From NCBI GenBank assembly GCA_008632985.1, contig QPGO01000058.1:62001-126000 (forward strand): 64,000 nt of DNA, written 5' to 3'. The stretch's first letter is position 1. The number at the start of each line of letters is the position of its first letter. The notes under the pieces were generated by a model, which was not told the origin of the DNA, did no database searches, and was given only the letters and a program-made list of their open reading frames with translations. The translations under genes were made by a program, and so were the position numbers. This document shows positions 10,797 to 23,675 of this stretch, in pieces. This stretch comes from Psammoneis japonica. Its lineage: Eukaryota.

Positions 10797-13411
10797 ATGT
10801 TACAGTCCTTCCAAAGAAAAAGTACGAGAAGGCATGGTGTAGCTGTCTTCGCTCGTACAGCACGACGAACAACAAGCGCTACCTCTAGGCTCCATCACGG
10901 CTTGTCGAGACCGCGGCTCGGTGCCGCTGACAATCGTTGTTTGACATCTCCTGTTGCGACTTGTGAAAAGAGCATTTTCGATAGATCAGCGTTGATACAA
11001 ACACGTCCACTCTCGTTATTGAGCTTATCAGGTATGGATCATGACAATAACAGCTCTCCCCGTTTCAGATCAACTCAGGTTCGAACCAAGGTTTTTGTTT
11101 CTCGGCACAACACGACACTGAATGTGACGTCCGCGCAGATTTTAGAGCAATGTTCCAACCATGGCATTTCCACTGCAGATGCTAGAACGTCACAGTCACA
11201 CGTTATTCTGAAAGAATGCCCCTTTTGTCCGAAACCAACCAACAACAAGGCCGATAATTTGTACAAGCTTTACATTGGGATTGGGGGAGGCGCTTACTTT
11301 TGTCATCGTTGTGGTGCCAAGGGGAGTTGGTATGATTTTAAAATGAAGTTTGGCGGTTATGATGTTGTACAGGCAACCGATAAGGGAAGCTCGACTCATG
11401 CAGCGTCCTTGGCACAAGAGGCGAACTTTTCTTCAAACAACATGCAGTCGCGCAGTAGTAGGAGTCCCAGCAATATTCGATGCCTACCAATGCCAGAGAA
11501 GCGTTTACAGGCAGCGTACATTACGAGACTTATGGATCAACAAAACAGAGCTTCCCAAGAGGGTCTCCGGTACTTGAATGACGTTCGGGGTCTTAACCAT
11601 CAGACGTTGCGGAAATATGGTGTCGGACTCGGAGTTTACAAGTTCCCATCGAATGATGCAAGCTTGCCACCAGGACACATGTTTGACGCAGAGTGTATTA
11701 CGTTTCCGTGGATAATGCGAGCTAGTGATATTGCAGAACAGGAAGGCTTACGTGGAGCGACATTTGAATGGAAAGCTCAAGAGGATCAAGAGAGCGAAAG
11801 CTCGAAGGAGTCGTCGTCCGTGGACGAGTCTGCCTCAGATGACGCAAAAGGACCGTTTGTGACTCGGAGGATCAAGGCTCGCGCTTTGAACAACAAGGCG
11901 TGGCAACGTTTGGATCCAGCTGGAGGCGGCTGGGGGCTCTTTGGGTATCACACGGTTCCTCCGGATGCTACCGAGATTGTCATTACAGAAGGAGAATACG
12001 ACGCCATGGCGGTCTATCAGGCTACCGAGAAACCCGCAGTGTCGCTCCCCAACGGATGCCGATCTCTTCCCGTCGAGGTGTTGCCCTTGCTCGAGAAGTT
12101 TGAAAAGATTTACCTATGGATGGATAATGACGGTCCTGGACAAGAGGGAGCGGAGAACTTTGCCAAGAAGCTCGGTTTGAACCGGTGTTTTATTGTAAAA
12201 CCGTCAACGACGGGGGCGCACGAACCCAAAGACGCCAACGAGGCGCTGCTCAAGGGAGTTGATATTAAAGAAATGTTGGATCGGGCTAGCATAATGCCAC
12301 ATGAACGAATCATGCAATTTACTGAGCTTCGATCACAAGTGCTGCACGAAATCATTAATCCTCAGAAGTATGTCGGAGTGGCGGTGCCTAGTCTTCCTGC
12401 CTTTACCAGCATTGTAAAAGGCTTTCGACGCGGAGAAATGACTGTATTGACCGGACCAACGGGATCTGGAAAGGTAAGTTACGTAATTGGTCGATGAAGA
12501 AAATGCTACCATGTGATAGTGACTCGCTCACTGGTTTAGTATCATTCTAGACAACCTTTCTTGGACAAATGTCTTTGGATTTTGCAGAACAGGGTATCAA
12601 CACTCTGTGGGGTAGTTTCGAGATCAAGAATACCCGCCTTATGCACAAGCTTCTCCAACAGCATTCCAAGGCGCCACTTCCGGTCGGACAAGCCGAGTCT
12701 ATTGCAGCTCTTGAAGCTGTGGCAGACCGCTTTGAACAGTTGCCGCTCTTTTTCATGAAGTTTCACGGCGGATCCGACGTGGATGATGTCTTGGACGCCA
12801 TGGACTATGCAGCCTATGTTCACGACGTGGAACACGTGATTCTCGATAACTTGCAATTCATGATTACGCGCAACACCGGCTTTGGGTCTTTTGACAAGTA
12901 CGACATTCAAGACATGGCGATTGAAAAGTTTCGAAAGTTTGCAACCGAAAAGAATGTGCATGTGACACTCGTGGTGCACCCCCGCAAGGAGGATGAAGGG
13001 GCCAAGCTCGGTATTTCGTCCATTTATGGCAGTGCCAAGGCGACGCAAGAAGCAGATACTGTTTTGATTCTTCAGAATGACGGAAGACGAAAGTACTTGG
13101 AAGTCAAGAAGAACAGATTTGATGGAACTTTGGGATATTCTCCGCTACATTTTCAACACGCCAGTGGTCGGTATACGGAGACACCCGAAATGGCATCCAA
13201 AGCTTCGCCAAAGACATCGAAACCACCTTGTCAACCAGCTGCTTCTGGATCGTCTCAACCTAGCGCCACCCAACCCGTGGCTTTCGTTCCCCGTTCTACC
13301 GGTAGTTCCGTTGACGGACAGCAGGCAACATCCGATCAAGACAAGGATAGCGAAGTTGAGAATCACTGGGACTCAATATTATTTGAGTCAAATGATCCAG
13401 AAGAAAACTGA
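10797..13411 (+). CDS. TWNK: Twinkle-type (T7 gp4-like) primase-helicase, probably mitochondrial; exons 10797-12473 and 12551-13411
   Basis: Zn finger CPFC...FCHRCG and TOPRIM ITEGEYDAM / WMDNDGPG / PKDANEAL. Walker A GPTGSGK|TT is reconstituted across GT-AG intron 12474-12550. ILDNLQF, LVVHPRK, GSAKATQEAD, KNRFDG. Arg/Ser-rich N-terminus. Confidence 0.95.
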
Positions 13412-13611
13412 GTCCTGATGGGAGTTAATAAACAGAGAGCATTGTAGCTACATACAGTCGATAAAGATATTCTTGCGTTTTAGATAATATCCTATTCACC
13501 GATAATAACAAAGACATGCTGCTAGACGAGTAGGCTATAAGCTAAGAGGCCGTCGAAGATTTTACTGCCAATGGGTTACGCAGACACACGTAGGTCTTCT
13601 CTCCCTCGAAG

Positions 13612-14169
13612 CTACTTGCTAACGGCCTCCTTAAAGGCGGTGTAGGCTTTGAACTTGGGGCGGTCCTTGGCTGGAATCGACAATGGTTCGCCCGTGCTTG
13701 GATTTCTGCCGGTGCGCGCCGAAGAACGTTTTGACTCGAACGTACCAAAGTTGGCGATGCTAACACGCTTGTCTTGTGACACGGACTGAAGAAGATTGTA
13801 AGAAAATACAGCATAGATGGGGTTAGACGGCAGCATGGAAAACGGACTACCGTATCAAATACGGTAGATCATAGCTCTGTCTCTACTGTTGCCAAAACCA
13901 TAACATAAGAAATCAGCAGAGTCATTCTCGCTCTTTCTTACCTCGGAAATCGTATCAAAAAGAGACGCAATGATTCGACTCGACTTGGCTACAGTCAAGT
14001 CATTTTGTTCTGCAATCACCTTCGCCAGATCCTGACGGGTTACAACCTCCTTCTTCTGCTTAGCTTTGGTTACCAAACTCTGCCTCCAGGTCCAGAAGCT
14101 ATGACGATTGGTTGTCTTTGCCTTCTGGGCAATGCCTTTGAGCGTAGCGGCAACCTGAAGACTCGCCAT
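13612..14169 (-). CDS. HU: Bacterial histone-like HU/IHF DNA-binding protein with N-terminal extension; exons 14169-13942 and 13785-13612
   Basis: TRQDLAKVIAE...SLFDTISE|SVSQDKRVSIANFGTFESKRSSARTGRNPSTGEPLSIPAKDRPKFKA is the HU signature. Phase-0 intron GTAAGA...TTCAG at 13941-13786. Confidence 0.92.
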
Positions 14170-14600
14170 GGTGAAATCTTGACGTTGTTTCTGTCTTGCT
14201 CTGTCAAAACTGCCAAACCGTTGTCGCAACGCTTGCTCGGAATTTGAAAAGTTTAGCCTACAATGTGCACAAGTTAAATTTTGAATCGGAAAATAAATCA
14301 CGTAGGGCCCTACCGGTATGGGAGTAGAAATGACATTTTCAGTTTGATGCGTCTGTACGTCATCATTGAGCGGCGTAGCAATTCGCTCGATCGCGCGCGC
14401 GCGCACACTCCGCAAAGGGCGCACATCGCCCATCAGAGATCGGCCGGTTTTGAGGTTGACACTGGCCATGGCGGCGAGAAGCGAGAACAGCCTGTGCGAG
14501 AACGGCGTCGTCAAGCTGAGGGACGAGTGATCCTTTCATAAACTATGACTAAAATCAACCGTATGTTTGTTATGCTTTAAAAACTGAATGGTCAATAGCC
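14170..14600. promoter_or_regulatory. Probable bidirectional promoter shared by HU and the POP-like gene
   Basis: 431-bp gap between head-to-head ATGs (14169 minus, 14601 plus). Contains a CG-rich core (cgcgcgcgcgcgc near 14392-14404). Confidence 0.5.
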
Positions 14601-17600
14601 ATGTTGAGGATTTTGTCTTCTTTACGCTCACCGACCGGTACGCAGTGCAGCTCTCGTGTTTTTCGGAGCACATTATTTGTTAATCAACACGCTCTTTGTT
14701 TTGAAGCATCAGTCCTCTCGAAATCAGCACGCTTTTCCACCAAGGATGCTCCTCTTAAAAGGGCATCCAAAGCATGGAAGAAAGGACTGGAAGAGTTGAA
14801 AAGTTTCAAGGAACAACATGGCCACGCAAGAGTGCCTTTTCGCTATGTCAACCACAAAACGGAGGGAAAGCCGTACAAACTAGGGAACTGGGTATCACGG
14901 CAACGAACACAGTACCGATTGTTTGTAAAGGGAGAGCCATCCTTTTTAGATAGTAAACGTATAGCGGTTCTGGAAGAGCTGGGCTTTCAATGGGATGCAA
15001 AGAAAGGGCCAGTAAAAGCAAAGCGGAGTGAGAAAGTTGTAAAATCATGGACAGAACATTACGAGGAACTGAAATTGTTTAAAGAAAAACATAGTCACTG
15101 TAACGTACAGGATGCGAAAGCGGATGCATCCTTGTTAAGATGGGTTCGGCAACAACGACGACAATACAAACTGCGGGTTCAGGGAAAGCCAGCTTCCCTT
15201 AAGGACGAAGATATTGTAGCTTTGGAGGATCTGGGTTTCATTTGGGATCCAAAGTATGCTGATTTGCACAATTTATCATGGAACGAATGGTTTGGGATGC
15301 TGCAGGAGCATGGCGACTGCTCTGTCCCAAAGAGAGAAGGAAACTTGCTTGGGAAATGGATCGCCTATCAACGAAGTATCTACAAGATCCTAAAAGAGGG
15401 CAACGTGATTGTTCCGTCCCTAACTCCAGAAAGGATTAAAGCCCTAGATGAACTCGGATTTAAATGGGAGAGTCCAAGGAACCGATCATGGGAGGATTGG
15501 CTGGAGATGTTGCGACATTACAAGGCTGAACACGGCGACTGTCATGTGCTTGCCAGTTCTGGACCATTGGGCTGTTGGGTTGCTCGGCAACGAGGCTTTT
15601 ACCGTCAGCGCCAAAACGGAAAACACACACCTCTTACAGATGAAAAGATACATCAACTCGAAGACCTGGGGGTGAAATGGGTGGCATCCAACGCAAAACG
15701 CGAGACCAAGTGGAACGAACGTTTGGACGAACTAAGATTATACAAACAAACGCACGGGAACTGTAGAGTACCTACAACTGCTTCAATTGGCGGGCTTAAA
15801 AACGAGCATGCACAACTTGGAATTTGGGTGAAATATCAGCGTGAGCAATACAAACTCTTCAACGAGGGTAGACCAACGTCCATGACTAGTGAGCGGATTG
15901 CAGCTTTGGAAGACTTGGAATTTGAGTGGGAGCTCCGGCCACATGAATCCAGGTATAAAGAGGTGTGGAAGGCGTGGCGAAGACAACTGTTGCAATATAA
16001 GGAAAAGCACGGGGATTGTAGGCCGTCAAGGGAAGAAGGGAACCTCGCTAAATGGATAGACCAACAACGATACCAGTATCACTTGTGGAGACGAGGAAAA
16101 GAGTCGTCAATGAACTCTCAAAGGATTGCATCTCTCCTGGAGCTAGGGTTTGAATGGGATAATCACAAACATGAAGCTCCCCGTCAAACATTGAACGGTA
16201 CCTGGAATCCAGCAGATCCACTGGTTTGGACTAGTTCGTTCGGGAGACGCTCTGCCAAAAGTGAAGAAATGCTTCGTCGTCTTGTGCAGCTTCAGCCGGG
16301 TGAGCTGGGTTACTTTGACGTATCCGAAACTGTAGTTCCAAGTGTTTCTATTGTTCGAACCAAAGACCAGGCAAGAACTGCTTTGGACCGCCTAGTGAAG
16401 TCAAGTCCAAGCGTTCTTCATGCATGCGACGCGAAAGTCATGGGCATTAATCTGAAGAAAGAAGGCCCGGTTGGCAATGGATACGTAACATCCATGACGA
16501 TATATTCTGGTCCTGATTTTGATTATGGCTTGGGTGATGGACCTGGAACAACTCTCTGGATTGACAACCTTGACGAATCTTATGGTCTTGTCAGGGAGTT
16601 CACATCATGGCTGGAGAATGATCGGCATGTTAAAGTATGGCACAATTATGGGTTCGTTCGACATTTGCTTTGGAACGAAGGGATCGATTGTCATGGTTTT
16701 GGTGGTGACATTATGCACATGGCGCGCCTTCAAGACACACGGCGAGCTATCACCGGCAATCGGACTGGTTACAGTCTTGACGGGCTTCTATCAGCTATTT
16801 TAAAAGAATGGAAGCCTGCCATGATGGACGAGTTGGCATCCAGACGACAACAAGTCATGGTGAAAGAACAGTTATCCCGCCAGTCGAAGTCATGCAGCGT
16901 GATCCTAGATTTCGCGAAAAGTTCATCAAGAATTTTTCTTCTGACACCAGAGGCATATGGGGGCTACGGAACGAGCTTCAGCGAGAGTTGGAGAGGATGC
17001 CTTGGTTCGGCAGTCACAACATGTATGACTTCTACTCAATGTATATGAAGCGGTTCGGGGTAGTTTTGACGGAAATGGAAAGACGGGGTATCAGGTTGGA
17101 TACAGAAAACTTGATGTCTCGAGTCAAGGAAGAACTCCAGAACGATCGAAAGATGCACGTTATGGAATTTCGAACATGGGCGTCCTCAAAGATCGGTCCG
17201 AACGGTTGGACTCTTGATCCAGAGGACCCAATGCAGCTTCGTACTTTTCTTTTTGGGGACTCTGGGGAACAGACTACCTTGAATCTTCCATACGAGGACG
17301 TGCCTTTTGAAGATATGAGTGATTTACAGCTTCGAGCACTCTGCAAGAGTCGGGGTCTTGACATTTCAGGGAAGAGACTAGAATTGCTTATTCACTTGGG
17401 GCTAGACTCCACCGAGGCGTGGAGTAGGATCCGTGTCAACGAGTCGGCTCACCAGGAAAGAGAAAAACGATTTACTGTCCAGCGGTCAAGGTTGCAAGAA
17501 GATAAATGGGACTTGCACTTGAACGAGCTTCGTGAGTACCTCGCCGCACATGGACATTGTCACGTCCCAACTAGCGCGGGCTCTTCTCTTTCAAATTGGG

Positions 17601-19006
17601 TCTCTCGTCAACGACATGAATACTGGCGCCGTGCGGAGGGCAAATCTTCATCGATGACAGACGAGCGAATCGCAGCGTTGGAAGAATTGCGCTTTGAATG
17701 GGTATTGAGAGAATCGACCGCAGCAGAGATCAGGGCTCCGAGTGGCGACAGATTTGATGTAGTCATTACTAGCCTTGGAATCCCAGCTGAGAGGCTCGAC
17801 AGCGATGGCGAAGCAAGCGTTTCTACTGACGTACTGCGAAAGCTGGCTGGCAATCCATTCCGAGGAAAATACGGATCGGTATGTATTTAACGTGACGTCC
17901 CGTTGGCTTGTTGCAAAGCACCCATCGTCGCTTCACTCAAATGTACTCTATTCGCTCGTACTGAACCAGGCTTACGACTTCTTTGGAGGTGGAAAGGAAG
18001 GCCACGATGCCTGCGTTGCATTGTACAGTCTTTATGAAATCGACGTGATCAATCGTCACAAAGCCAATTTTTGGACTCACCTCGAGTCTGTGGCTGATGA
18101 ACAAAGTCGAGTTCACTGCTCCATCAATTTAAACACCGAGACCGGAAGAGTTCTTTCGCGTCGACCAGCTCTTGAGAACCAACCATCACACTTGATACGG
18201 AAAGTTTTCAATGCATCACCAGGAAACAACCTTATTGTTGCCAACTACCGACAGCTGGAATTTCGTCTCCTTGCAAGCATGTCGAATTGCGATTCCATGA
18301 TTCGTTTGTTCCGAGAAGGCGGTGATATACACGCCAGGACCACTTACGACATGTATGACCATGTCAAAAAGGCTGTTATGAGGAAAGGTGCTTGTTAGAG
18401 TGGGACTCGAGCCAGGGCAAGCCTAAACATCCTCTTCTTTGCGACATGTTTCCGAATGAACGTCAAATTGCAAAGGATCTGAATTTCCTCGTTCTCGCTG
18501 GTGAACCCGTGAGTACAATCTCCCTAAAAACTGGTCTACCACAGACAACAGTATCAAGCATACTAAAAACCTGGCACGAATCTTATCCAGAGACATTGGT
18601 GTGGCAGGCGGAGAAGAAATACTTCGCAAAAAAGCACGGGGTTGCACGAACCCTCCTTGGACGATACCGGCTCTTGCGAGATGGCAACGGTGCGGCGATA
18701 TCACCCATTTCCGATCGAGTAAGCATGACAACACCTATAGAGGGCAGCGTTGCTGACATTTCCATGTTGGCAATGCTAAAACTTAGTGAAAGCGACCTTC
18801 TGAGAAGACTGGGATGGGTGTTGTTGATGCAAATGAACAATGAAGTTCTTTTGGAAGGACCGAAGGAGACGGCAGAAGAGGCCTTATTTGAAGTTAAGCT
18901 TTGCATGCAAGAACAATGGGGCGTGGCGCTGAAAAATTCTCCTGTGCCAATAGAAGTCGATGGAAGTTGCAAACATTCAAACTGGTTCGATGCCCAGGAG
19001 TTCTGA
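14601..19006 (+). CDS. HA-repeat / SAP / POP-type family A DNA polymerase-like protein with degenerate catalytic motifs; intron 17879-17969; two apparent 1-bp frameshifts (~16833, ~18377)
   Basis: Six N-terminal HA repeats (W..L..YK..HG.C.V...LG.WV..QR....L..LGF.W). POP exonuclease region HACD..V..I.LK..GPVGNG, KVWHNYGF, MHMARLQD. PPVEVMQRDP, EMERRGI, a SAP motif, a 7th HA repeat, YGS|AYDFFGGG, RVHCSINLNTETGR, GGDIHART and LLEGP. Confidence 0.85.
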
Positions 19007-19064
19007 GCAGAATAGTAAATCTCGGTAGCACAACTCCTTCGCCCATGCTATGATGACGAATATC

Positions 19065-19679
19065 TTATTTCTGATCGCTTGAAGAGTTCACCCACTTTGT
19101 GAGCGCCTTTAAAGCCCCCATACGTTCTACTCCGTGTTGTCGTGCTGTTGCTAGGGCCTCTTCTGTTGCTTCCTCAGGTGTGAGCTTGTACCGGTAAACG
19201 AGCCAACCCGCGGCAACCCGACCAGATCTGCCCATACCGTGGGTGCAATGCGCCACAGCTCGTTCTTCCCGTCTTTCAATTTCACCTAGCTTTGTCATTA
19301 TCAAATCAAACGAACCTTCTTTACTAAATGGAGTGTGATGAACATTCAATTCAGGAGATGCACTCTTGTATGCTTCCAACAAGCCGGGAGGTTGGTAATC
19401 CAACAATTCATCTTCCCCCAGCAAAACAAACACGTGCTGGATCTTGTGCTTGGAAATGGCGCGAACCCATTCTTCTACAACCCTTTTCGTATCCAACTTG
19501 CAATTTCCGGGAGGATCGCCCCCAGGTCTCTCGCACGTGAAGAGCACGGTGTCTCTTGCGGAAGCTGGGCCAAAATTGCAAAGACAGTCTGGTTTCTTTG
19601 GCGTCACCACAGTCTCCTCGCCGTTCATCTCCATAGTTCGATCTCCATCTTGAAGTTTGATGCCGGTAGTGCTACTCAT
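19065..19679 (-). CDS. Dual-specificity/tyrosine protein phosphatase
   Basis: CX5R active-site motif AHCTHGMGRSG. 204 aa. Confidence 0.88.
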   Translation of the reverse strand: MSSTTGIKLQDGDRTMEMNGEETVVTPKKPDCLCNFGPASARDTVLFTCERPGGDPPGNCKLDTKRVVEEWVRAISKHKIQHVFVLLGEDELLDYQPPGLLEAYKSASPELNVHHTPFSKEGSFDLIMTKLGEIERREERAVAHCTHGMGRSGRVAAGWLVYRYKLTPEEATEEALATARQHGVERMGALKALTKWVNSSSDQK

Positions 19680-19899
19680 TGTGGCTTTTGTAAACGTCTT
19701 CTCTATACTGTCACCGGTACCACCGATCCTCTCTACCGGTAGCTAGTAGGTGTGTATGGTGGATGGCAAAACGCTACCGTCATAAACTGTAGTTGCAACA
19801 GCATTCATGGCGCCGCCGCGACCTGCGCTGGAAATCTTCAGTCGAAGAATCATCCCTGGTCGAATCTGGGTCGAATCTCTTGAAATCTTCTGCGGTTAT

Positions 19900-21365
19900 G
19901 GGCAACTTCGTTCGCGCGTGTGAAGAAAAGGCGTGGCGGGTCTTTGTCAACACTGTTTAGATGCTTTTTGAACACTGTGCTGCATTTTCAATCCAATTTT
20001 GCTCTCTTTCCAAGTCAACAACATTGGGGTGGAACCACTGCAGCCACTTCACTCCAAAAGATTCCTTTTGAACACAAATTGCTGCTGTTGCCCTCTGCAG
20101 GAAAATGCAAAGACACTGCGTCCTTTGCTTTCTTGGCGCTGTCTGACACCACACAACAACTCAGCCATTTCTGACTCTCAGCTTGGCATTTTGCTGGATT
20201 TAACTTGGTGCTCTTTTTTGCCATGTCACAACTTTTTTGGCTGCACCAGCCCAGTTGTGGACGTCACAGTGTTTGACAGCTGCAACTCAACATGCACAAA
20301 TCAGCACCAGCTTTTTTTGCCACAGGGTTGCAAAACAGCAGAAAGCACCTCACCATGGTGATTTGGTGATCACCCTTTTTCTTGATGGAATCACCATCAA
20401 GAGCCTCAGCAATCAACACCACATCATTTTTTCTTGCTGCCGGCCCAGCCATTGCCAGAATGGGGTGGGGGCATCATGGCATGTGACAGCCAGCTTCAGA
20501 TGCATGACTCAGCCCAGCATCAGTGTGAAATTCATCACAGGATTGTAACATCAGAAACAACATCACCATGGTGGTTTGATGGTCACCTTTTTCTCAACAG
20601 GAGCAGCCACAACATTCAACAGCATGCCACATCTTGTGTGATTTTGTGTGTGGAAGAATTGATGTGTTTGAGTGCAACAAACTTGCTCTGTGTTCATGTG
20701 GTCAAATCAGCTGGCAAAATGTCGAACACTTTAGAGCACAGAAAAGCATGAGCACATGTCACAAATTGTGCACTGTCTGCACATGTTGGCATCGTGGTGA
20801 GTGGGTGTTGTTGATGCTGGGATGTGCACTGTGCTTGCAGCCCACCGTTGTCATTGTGTTTTGACAAGTCATGGAAAATTTAAATGACCAACCATTTGTG
20901 ATTGTGAGTTGGTCAATGTGCACAGGCTTGTGAAATCTTGCCTGCAGAATCTCTGCACATGTTCCTGTGAGAAGGGCTCAATCTCATTGAGAAACGCCAA
21001 ACCAGCTCAAGAGTGCTGCTGCTTCGCTGGCTGGCTGGGTGGGTGGGGGCTGACCAGCACTTCCAGCACAGCACTGGGTTGGCACCCAGTGGCAACAGCA
21101 CATGCATCTGGCGCAAAGTGCAAAGCACTTCACACTTTCTTTGAACTTCACTTCAGCCCAGGCTTGTCAATCACAGAAACCCAATTTTGAAGTCTGGCAG
21201 TCGAGTGGGTGTGTGGTGTTCTCTCCAACAAAATCCACCAACACACATTGCTGTCTCTCCCAACCAAATGTTGTTCTTGAAGCTTGTTGCAAACTGCCAT
21301 CAGCTCAGCCTCAACAAGGCACAGCATTGTGATGATTGCCCAGCACGTGTGCAGCATGCGACTGT
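19900..21365. other. TpA/CpG-depleted hypermutated block (degenerate repeat or gene relic, family not identifiable)
   Basis: Only 5 TpA counted by eye in 19921-21360, 4 of them TTAG/TTAA. Abrupt return to TA-rich sequence at ~21366. Confidence 0.85.
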
Positions 21366-22149
21366 TATATGCATATTCATAATTATATATTATTTATATG
21401 TCAATCGTACCACAGTCGTGGATACGTACAAAGGACAGAACGATCACACAGAGTTGATCGGATGTCGAAAATTGCAAATACGATCGATTGACGATGTTGA
21501 CATCTTACGTGTCAATAGCAATCGTATCCGGACAATCTGTTGTCACGAATATATTCTCCGAAAGGCCTTTTGTCTGTAGAAGCAGTACAGAAGCTTTAGG
21601 CCATTGAGAACTCGTTCGGAGAAACCAAAAATCACAGAGCAAAATTTAATCTCATAATTTTCACTTTTCATGCTTGATTCTACTTTCGTTTATACTCGTT
21701 CTTCGAGCATAGTGCTCGTGTCCTTGAACCTTGAACTGGCTTTTTGTGACTCCCACAATTCCCACCACGACCAAACTGTTTTGCCAGTGCACCAACAACT
21801 GCTGCAGGTGCGCAGCACACTTGTCCACTGCTGTCAGTGCTCTGCTGCCAGCAGAGAGCAGCTCTCTACTTTCTGCTCTCTGCTCCAGCCAGACTTAGAG
21901 AGCTGCTCTCTCTCTCTCTCTCTCTGCTCTGCTGAAGCTAGCAGCAGTGGCTGGCTGCCCTGGCTGCTCTAGAGTTGGAGCCCGGTAGAGTGGCAGGGCC
22001 CTGGCAGAGAGTGGCAGTGAGGAGTCTACATGAAGAGAGAAGCACGACTGAAAACTTCTGAAAATTCACGCGTCCTTGACAAAGCAAGAGAAGCACTGCA
22101 AACAAAAGGTCTGTGTTTCTTTTCGTTCTCTAGAGTCGCACCCACCCAC

Positions 22150-22212
22150 TCTCTCTCTCTCTCTCACACACACACACAAGAGAGAGAGAGAGAGAGAGAG
22201 AGAAAGAAAGAG
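22150..22212. repeat. Compound microsatellite (CT)n(CA)n(AG)n
   Basis: ctctctctctctctcacacacacacaagagagagagagagagagagag read directly. Confidence 0.9.
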
Positions 22213-22270
22213 AAACAGTTTGCATCAAGGCAAACAGCAAGACTTGTCTTCTGTGGCTCAAAAAAAAGCA

Positions 22271-23233
22271 ATGTTGCAAAGGATGTTGAATGCCTGCACA
22301 GATGCAAGATGCAAGGCATGCAATTTTCTCCTCTTTCTGCTCATTCTCATCTTTGCCATGATGGCTGCTTGCTTGATTGTTGGTTTCATGGGGAGTGTCA
22401 CACTTCTGTTTGGTGGCCCCTTTACTTTCTGCTGTGCACTGGTGTTTTCTGGGGACAGAAGGAAGCCAGTGCAAGAGCACATGGAAAAGGGAATGCATGT
22501 GTCAGGTGTTGTTGAGCGCCAGTGGACAGAAAGGGTGGACTGTGATTCTCCACTTGTTGAGAAGATGATTGCTGGTTGTGATGGCCCGGACGGCCATCGA
22601 CATCAAATGAAAATGAAGCTGGACCAAAAGACCAAAATGTCCATTCGTGGTGGCACAATTCCCATCATGGTTCTACCAGATTGTCCAGCATCAGGCTGCC
22701 CAAGATCCCTGATTGATCCTGACATGTTTTGGTTGTCAGTCTTGGGGTGATGTTTGGAGTTTCTGTGTGGTTGCACAATCACCGGATTTGGTGTGACGAT
22801 GCTTTTCCTTTTAATCAACATTGGCATTGAACACTTGACATTAACTTGGACTTTGGTTGTGGCATCCTTGGAACTGGCATTGTGTTTGGCATTAACTGCA
22901 TTAACCCTCGTGGTGTGTCGTCCTGTCAATTGCATTGAACTTCTTCAGTTCAGCAGAAGAATGGATGGGGAAGCCGTTTCTCTTCTGGAAATTCTGGAAC
23001 CAATTGATCCAATCACATACATCTTGACATTGACCGCGCAATTTTACATAGCAGGCAAGGAGACAAGAAGCAATGACTCGCATGAAACACATGAAAATGC
23101 TGAACACAGTAGCGTAGCTGGAGGGCCTCACGACTGCCATACGGAAGCTGAGGATTCGCTCTCCCAGGATAGTGTTGAAACGATGGAAACAATTTCCGCG
23201 CAGCAAGAGTCCACAGGCCATGATGAAATATAG
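22271..23233 (+). pseudogene. Degenerate multi-TM membrane protein gene
   Basis: ORFs 22076-22750 and 22754-23233 are in the same frame, separated by TGA at 22748-22750. Several hydrophobic segments. The 5' part has no Tyr and is TpA-depleted, while the 3' ~200 bp has normal composition. Confidence 0.55.
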
Positions 23234-23675
23234 TGCAACTGCTTTGAAACTTGGAAGGAACCTATGCTTAGAGGCCAATAGGAGAAATTAAGCTGACCAG
23301 GTTTTCTTGTTGTTGGTCAGTTGGCAGTAACATTATTTAGAATAGTGTGTTGCAATCACAGGCTGGTACTCTCTCTCTCTCCTCCTCTTCCTAGTTTCAT
23401 TAAACGCGGAGCTACCTACGTGGCTGGACATATGCTCGCTTCTTACTAGAGTAGGCTAGAGAGGGGCCCTCCAGCGATCGCCTACTAACTGTGTCTGTGA
23501 CGAATCAGATTACTGCCGGTTTCGCTCCCTAGTAGAGTACCTACAAGTGCATCAAGTCAACGTGGTTCTATATAAAATACCCATTTGTTGAGACTCTGCA
23601 AATCCACAATGCGAGTCCATGGTACATCATGTCCATAAAAAGTTTCCCCATTCAAGCGTGCCTTTCCCCATGCTC

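Noticed and set aside
10797..19006. Primase-helicase + HU + PolA as an integrated phage or bacterial contaminant
   Set aside because: All three have spliceosomal introns and targeting-type leaders, and they sit among ordinary eukaryotic genes.
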